NCBI GenBank assembly: GCA_963746845.1
Contig: CAVVCZ010000001.1
Coordinates: 256,001-320,000 of the forward strand
Direction of reading: 5' to 3'
DNA: 64,000 bases
DNA from: an uncultured Chloroflexia bacterium
GTDB lineage: Bacteria > Chloroflexota > Limnocylindria > Limnocylindrales > CSP1-4
Shown piece after piece: positions 58,777-64,000 of the stretch. Position numbers and translations under genes: made by a program. The notes below the pieces were generated by a model that worked only from the letters and a program-made list of their open reading frames with translations, had not been told where the DNA came from and did no database searches. Within the stretch, counting starts at the first letter, position 1; every line of letters starts with the position of its first letter.

Positions 58777-61700
58777 TCAGCGGTCGCCCGGTCGGCGGCG
58801 AATGATGACGGCGGCGCCGAAGCCCGAGATCAGCACCAGCGTGAGGATGACGGCCCACGCCGTCGTCGCCCGGACCGGTCCGAACGGCGTCCCGAGGATC
58901 GGATCCGCGTCCGTCTGGGGGATGGCGGCGTTCACCGTGATCGTCAGCGTCGCGTCGTCGCACAGGGCGGGATCGTTCGGGCTGCAGATCCGGTACGTCA
59001 CCTGGTCCAGACCGCTGAACCCGGCGGCAGGCGTGTAGATGATCGATCCGATCGTCGCCGTCCCGTGGGCCGGACCGACGACGATCTGGGGCGTTCCGGC
59101 GTCGCCGATGTCGTTCGCCTCGACGTCGACCTCGACCGTCTGGCCCGCGCTCGTGACATCCGCGTCGTCGACGGCGACCGGGAAGACCGCGACGTTGACG
59201 GTGCCCATCGCGCAGGCGGGGATCGCGTTGTCGTCGCAGCCCTCGATGGTGAACCCGTCCTGACCCGTGAACGTGCCGGTCGGCGTGTAGGTGAACGAGC
59301 CGTCCTGGGCGATCGAGACGGTGCCGTGGGCGGGCGCGGTCGAGACCGTCAGCGTGACCGTCTGGCCGGTGTCCGGATCGGTGACCGTGACCGCACCGGA
59401 GACCGGCACCGTCGCGTCGGTCTCGACCGCGGCGTCACCGACGATCGGCGGCGTGTTGCCGACCGTGAACGTCCCGGGCACGTACGTGATCGTGTAGTTG
59501 GCGAGGCCGGTCCCGACCGCGGCCGAGATGGTGATCGGGTACGTGCCCGGTGCCGCCAGGGCCGGAGCTCCCGCGCTGGCCAGGATCGCCGCCGCGACCG
59601 AGTCCGCGTTGTGCAGGCCGGCGACGGAGAACTCCGTGCCGTCGAAGACGAAGAGGATGCCAAACGGCTTCGACTGGTCGTTGGCGGTGATCGTGAGCGG
59701 CGCCGGGTTGACCGTCAGGGCTCCCGGGACGTAGCTGATCGTGTAGTTCCCGAGCCCGGTCCCGAGCGCGGCCGACGGCGTGATCGGGTACGGGCTGCCG
59801 GCGACCGTCGCGGTCGGCGCGGCACCCGCGCTCGCGAGGGTCACGCTCGTGACGGTGTCGGTCCCGAGCAGGCCGCTCGTCGTGAACTCGGTCCCCGCGA
59901 ACACGACCGTCTGGCCGTACGTCTTGGTCCGGTCGTCGGCGGTGATCGTGAGCGGCGCCGGGTCGATCTCGTCGATGACCGTGCCCGCGTCGGCGAGGTA
60001 GTTGCCGGCCGGGTCGCTGAACGTCCACGGGTCGACCGTCGTGCCGACCGCGGTCCGGGTCGTGGCCGACAGGTCGAGCCCGGCGCTGAGGTCCTCGCCG
60101 AGGACGCCCGTGGCGGTCCCGGTCGCGGTGTGGGGCAGGGCGTCGTAGGTGACGCTGTAGCCGGTCACGACGATGACCGCGACCGCCGGGTCGACGGTGA
60201 GCGTGCCCGGGACGTAGCCGATCGTGTAGTTCCCGAGCCCGGTCCCGACCGCGGCCGAGATGGTGATCGGGTACGGGCTGCCCGCGACGGTCGCGGTCGC
60301 GATCGCGCCCGGGCTGGCCAGGCTGACGCTCGTGACGGTGTCCGTGTTGAGCAGGCCGCTCGTCGTGAACTCGGTCCCCGCGAACACGACCGTCTGGCCG
60401 TACGTCTTGGTCCGGTCGTTGGCGGTGATCGTGAGCGGCGCCGGGTTGACCGTCAGGGCTCCCGGGACGTAGCTGATCGTGTAGTTCCCGAGCCCGGTCC
60501 CGAGCGCGGCCGACGGCGTGATCGGGTACGGGCTGCCGGCGACCGTCGCGGTCGGCGCGGCACCCGCGCTCGCGAGGGTCACGCTCGTGACGGTGTCGGT
60601 CCCGAGCAGGCCGCTCGTCGTGAACTCGGTCCCCGCGAACACGACCGTCTGGCCGTACGTCTTGGTCCGGTCGTCGGCGGTGATCGTGAGCGGCGCCGGG
60701 TCGATCTCGTCGATGACCGTGCCCGCGTCGGCGAGGTAGTTGCCGGCCGGGTCGCTGAACGTCCACGGGTCGACCGTCGTGCCGACCGCGGTCCGGGTCG
60801 TGGCCGACAGGTCGAGCCCGGCGCTGAGGTCCTCGCCGAGGACGCCCGTGGCGGTCCCGGTCGCGGTGTGGGGCAGGGCGTCGTAGGTGACGCTGTAGCC
60901 GGTCACGACGATGACCGCGACCGCCGGGTCGACGGTGAGCGTGCCCGGGACGTAGCCGATCGTGTAGTTCCCGAGCCCGGTCCCGACCGCGGCCGAGATG
61001 GTGATCGGGTACGGGCTGCCCGCGACGGTCGCGGTCGCGATCGCGCCCGGGCTGGCCAGGCTGACGCTCGTGACGGTGTCCGTGTTGAGCAGGCCGCTCG
61101 TCGTGAACTCGGTCCCCGCGAACACGACCGTCTGGCCGTACGTCTTGGTCCGGTCGTTGGCGGTGATCGTGAGCGGCGCCGGGTTGACCGTCAGGGCTCC
61201 CGGGACGTAGCTGATCGTGTAGTTCCCGAGCCCGGTCCCGAGCGCGGCCGACGGCGTGATCGGGTACGGGCTGCCGGCGACCGTCGCGGTCGGCGCGGCA
61301 CCCGCGCTCGCGAGGGTCACGCTCGTGACGGTGTCGGTCCCGAGCAGGCCGCTCGTCGTGAACTCGGTCCCCGCGAACACGACCGTCTGGCCGTACGTCT
61401 TGGTCCGGTCGTCGGCGGTGATCGTGAGCGGCGCCGGGTCGATCTCGTCGATGACCGTGCCCGCGTCGGCGAGGTAGTTGCCGGCCGGGTCGCTGAACGT
61501 CCACGGGTCGACCGTCGTGCCGACCGCGGTCCGGGTCGTGGCCGACAGGTCGAGCCCGGCGCTGAGGTCCTCGCCGAGGACGCCCGTGGCGGTCCCGGTC
61601 GCGGTGTGGGGCAGGGCGTCGTAGGTGACGCTGTAGCCGGTCACGACGATGACCGCGACCGCCGGGTCGACGGTGAGCGTGCCCGGGACGTAGCCGATCG

Positions 61701-64000
61701 TGTAGTTCCCGAGCCCGGTCCCGACCGCGGCCGAGATGGTGATCGGGTACGGGCTGCCCGCGACGGTCGCGGTCGCGATCGCGCCCGGGCTGGCCAGGCT
61801 GACGCTCGTGACGGTGTCCGTGTTGAGCAGGCCGCTCGTCGTGAACTCGGTCCCCGCGAACACGACCGTCTGGCCGTACGTCTTGGTCCGGTCGTTGGCG
61901 GTGATCGTGAGCGGCGCCGGGTTGACCGTCAGGGCTCCCGGGACGTAGCTGATCGTGTAGTTCCCGAGCCCGGTCCCGAGCGCGGCCGACGGCGTGATCG
62001 GGTACGGGCTGCCGGCGACCGTCGCGGTCGGCGCGGCACCCGCGCTCGCGAGGGTCACGCTCGTGACGGTGTCGGTCCCGAGCAGGCCGCTCGTCGTGAA
62101 CTCGGTCCCCGCGAACACGACCGTCTGGCCGTACGTCTTGGTCCGGTCGTCGGCGGTGATCGTGAGCGGCGCCGGGGTCACGTCGAACGATGCGCTCGTC
62201 GCGCCGATGAGCCCGGCGCTCGAGCTCTGGAGCTGGTACGTGCCGACCTGATCGACCGCGAGGTTCCCGAACGTGGCGATGCCGTTCACCGCCGCGACCG
62301 TGAGCGTCCCACCGAGGGTCGGCCCGGCCGGCGTCAGGGCCAGGGTCACCGAGGCGCTGCTCTCGGTCACGACGAGTCCGTTGTCGTCGAGGATCGCGAC
62401 CGTCACGGCCGGGCTCATCGTCGAGCGGTAGACGGTGTTCGTCGGCCCCTGCTGGAACGCGAGGTGGGTCGCCCGATTCCAGGTGACCGTGTTGTCCGCC
62501 GAGGTGGAGACGGTGTTGGGGTTGCCGGCGAGGTCGGTCGCGACCCCGGCACCGATCGACGCGATCACGGTGCCCGAGGTGGTCATCCCGGTGACCGCCA
62601 CGTTGAACGTGGTCGGACCGCCGGTCACGGTGCCGGTCTTCACGCCGCCCGAGGTCCCACCGATCGTCACGTCGCCCGTCGCGAACCCGGTCACGGGCTC
62701 ACTGAAGGTCACCGTGAAGTTGATCGGGCTGGCATTGGTCGGATCCGCCTGGCCAATCGCCTGGTTGATCGCGACGGTCGGGGCGACCACGTCCCAGGTG
62801 ACCGTGTTGTCGACCGAGGTCGACGCGACGTTGTTGTTGCCGGCGGCATCGGTCGCCCGATTGGCCGCCATCGACGCGATCACGGTCCCGGAGGTCGTCA
62901 TCCCGGTGACGGCCACGTTGTACGTCGTGGGGCCGCCCGTCACGGTCCCGACGAGCACCCCGCCGGCGGTCCCGCCCAGGGTGACGTCCCCGGTCGCGAA
63001 GCCGATCACCGGCTCGCTGAAGACGACGGTGAAGTTGATCGGGCTGGCGTTGGTCGGATCTGGCTGAGCAGCCGCCTGGTTGATCGTCACGGTCGGCGCG
63101 ACGTTGTCCCAGGTGACCGTGTTGTCTGCCGAGGTGGAGGCGGCGTTGTTGTTGCCGGCCGGGTCGGTCGCGACGCTCGCGCCGAGTGACGCGACGACCG
63201 TGCCCGGGGTCGTCATCCCGGTGACCGCGACGTTGTACGTCGTGGGGCCGCCGGTGACGGTGCCGGTGAGGGCCCCGCCGACCGTGCTGCCGGTGAAGCT
63301 GACGTCACCGGTCGCGAAGCCGATCACCGGCTCGCTGAAGACGACGGTGAAGTTGATCGGGCTGGCGTTGGTCGGATCGGGCTGAGCAGCCGCCTGGTTG
63401 ATCGTCACGGTCGGCGCGACGTTGTCCCAGGTGACCGTGTTGTCCGCCGAGGTGGAGACGGTGTTGGGGTTGCCGGCGAGGTCGGTCGCGACCCCGGCAC
63501 CGATCGACGCGATCACGGTGCCCGAGATCGTCATCCCGGTGACCGCCACGGTGTACACGGTCGGGCCGCCGGTCACGGTGCCGGTCTTCACGCCGCCCGA
63601 GGTCCCGCCGATCGTCACGTCGCCCGTGGCGAAGCCGGTCACGGGCTCGCTGAAGGTGACCGTGTAGTTGATCGGGCTGGTGTTGGTCGGATCCGCCTGG
63701 CCGATCGCCTGGTTGATCGTGACGGTCGGGGCGGTCCGGTCGATCGTGACCGTCGGTCCGTCCGTCTGGGCGTTGTTGTTCCCGGCGGCGTCGGTGACGG
63801 CGTTGACCCGGATCCGCAGGATGACCGTCCCCGCGCCACAGCCGGTGAGGGTGACGGTGTACGCGGCAGCGGCACCGGCCGGGGCGCCGATCACGCAGCC
63901 GGCCGCGGTCCCGACGTTCGAGAGGTCGTTGGCCAGGAAGCCGGCAACGCTCTCGCTCCACGTCACGTCGAAGACGAGGGTGGCGGCGTTGGTGATGTCG
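58777..64000 (-). CDS. Large cell-surface adhesin-like protein (Ig-like repeats, MBG repeats, cadherin/Big_9-like domains, C-terminal anchor); 5' end lies outside the window
   Basis: T/V/A/G-rich; 'APTVTINQ..FSEPV.GF' x4; 'APLTITA.D.TKTYG...GNYTI.YVPG.LTV' MBG units; 'PAHGTV...DGSFTYTP'; ends IPQTD + TM + RRR. Confidence 0.9.
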   Translation of the reverse strand, partial: DITNAATLVFDVTWSESVAGFLANDLSNVGTAAGCVIGAPAGAAAAYTVTLTGCGAGTVILRIRVNAVTDAAGNNNAQTDGPTVTIDRTAPTVTINQAIGQADPTNTSPINYTVTFSEPVTGFATGDVTIGGTSGGVKTGTVTGGPTVYTVAVTGMTISGTVIASIGAGVATDLAGNPNTVSTSADNTVTWDNVAPTVTINQAAAQPDPTNASPINFTVVFSEPVIGFATGDVSFTGSTVGGALTGTVTGGPTTYNVAVTGMTTPGTVVASLGASVATDPAGNNNAASTSADNTVTWDNVAPTVTINQAAAQPDPTNASPINFTVVFSEPVIGFATGDVTLGGTAGGVLVGTVTGGPTTYNVAVTGMTTSGTVIASMAANRATDAAGNNNVASTSVDNTVTWDVVAPTVAINQAIGQADPTNASPINFTVTFSEPVTGFATGDVTIGGTSGGVKTGTVTGGPTTFNVAVTGMTTSGTVIASIGAGVATDLAGNPNTVSTSADNTVTWNRATHLAFQQGPTNTVYRSTMSPAVTVAILDDNGLVVTESSASVTLALTPAGPTLGGTLTVAAVNGIATFGNLAVDQVGTYQLQSSSAGLIGATSASFDVTPAPLTITADDRTKTYGQTVVFAGTEFTTSGLLGTDTVTSVTLASAGAAPTATVAGSPYPITPSAALGTGLGNYTISYVPGALTVNPAPLTITANDRTKTYGQTVVFAGTEFTTSGLLNTDTVTSVSLASPGAIATATVAGSPYPITISAAVGTGLGNYTIGYVPGTLTVDPAVAVIVVTGYSVTYDALPHTATGTATGVLGEDLSAGLDLSATTRTAVGTTVDPWTFSDPAGNYLADAGTVIDEIDPAPLTITADDRTKTYGQTVVFAGTEFTTSGLLGTDTVTSVTLASAGAAPTATVAGSPYPITPSAALGTGLGNYTISYVPGALTVNPAPLTITANDRTKTYGQTVVFAGTEFTTSGLLNTDTVTSVSLASPGAIATATVAGSPYPITISAAVGTGLGNYTIGYVPGTLTVDPAVAVIVVTGYSVTYDALPHTATGTATGVLGEDLSAGLDLSATTRTAVGTTVDPWTFSDPAGNYLADAGTVIDEIDPAPLTITADDRTKTYGQTVVFAGTEFTTSGLLGTDTVTSVTLASAGAAPTATVAGSPYPITPSAALGTGLGNYTISYVPGALTVNPAPLTITANDRTKTYGQTVVFAGTEFTTSGLLNTDTVTSVSLASPGAIATATVAGSPYPITISAAVGTGLGNYTIGYVPGTLTVDPAVAVIVVTGYSVTYDALPHTATGTATGVLGEDLSAGLDLSATTRTAVGTTVDPWTFSDPAGNYLADAGTVIDEIDPAPLTITADDRTKTYGQTVVFAGTEFTTSGLLGTDTVTSVTLASAGAAPTATVAGSPYPITPSAALGTGLGNYTISYVPGALTVNPAPLTITANDQSKPFGILFVFDGTEFSVAGLHNADSVAAAILASAGAPALAAPGTYPITISAAVGTGLANYTITYVPGTFTVGNTPPIVGDAAVETDATVPVSGAVTVTDPDTGQTVTLTVSTAPAHGTVSIAQDGSFTYTPTGTFTGQDGFTIEGCDDNAIPACAMGTVNVAVFPVAVDDADVTSAGQTVEVDVEANDIGDAGTPQIVVGPAHGTATIGSIIYTPAAGFSGLDQVTYRICSPNDPALCDDATLTITVNAAIPQTDADPILGTPFGPVRATTAWAVILTLVLISGFGAAVIIRRRPGDR
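59676..62176. repeat. Intragenic tandem repeat, 738-bp period, about 3.4 copies
   Basis: Identical shadow ORFs recur at 59780, 60518, 61256 and 61994; copies look identical by eye. Confidence 0.95.
62480..63735. repeat. Four diverged ~315-318-bp Ig-like domain repeats
   Basis: Recurring 'GCCTGGTTGATCG...GGTGACCGTGTTGTC' blocks; protein unit of about 105 aa. Confidence 0.85.

Overview
Very GC-rich (roughly 70+% by eye) bacterial chromosomal window, densely coding. I saw no rRNA, tRNA, CRISPR array or transposase. Gene content and style suggest a Chloroflexota genome, possibly Limnocylindria-like (inference). Housekeeping blocks: folK; purH-glpX-peptidase E; hspR-lon-dnaJ-like-clpB with a HAIR-like operator; a K+ homeostasis cluster (KimA/YdaO-type APC permease, USP, two TrkA, CPA2 antiporter); rsmG; csoR; hpt; a liv ABC operon; holB. 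The window ends in a giant repeat-rich surface protein. Most unusual signals: (1) a Cys-rich leader peptide plus intrinsic terminator in front of a triple-rhodanese sulfurtransferase, a candidate cysteine-sensing attenuator; (2) a NYN ribonuclease with a ~490-aa RNase E-like disordered tail; (3) a LivG ATPase with two hydrophobic segments inserted inside the nucleotide-binding domain; (4) a structured ~150-nt 5' leader ahead of a gene with a basic 'KTGEAYAAARR' N-terminus; (5) a MocR regulator fused to a frameshifted gamma-glutamylcyclotransferase, divergent from a 42-aa membrane peptide; (6) a dispersed ERIC-like hairpin repeat; (7) apparently pervasive leaderless genes. All calls come from reading motifs by eye; no searches were run.
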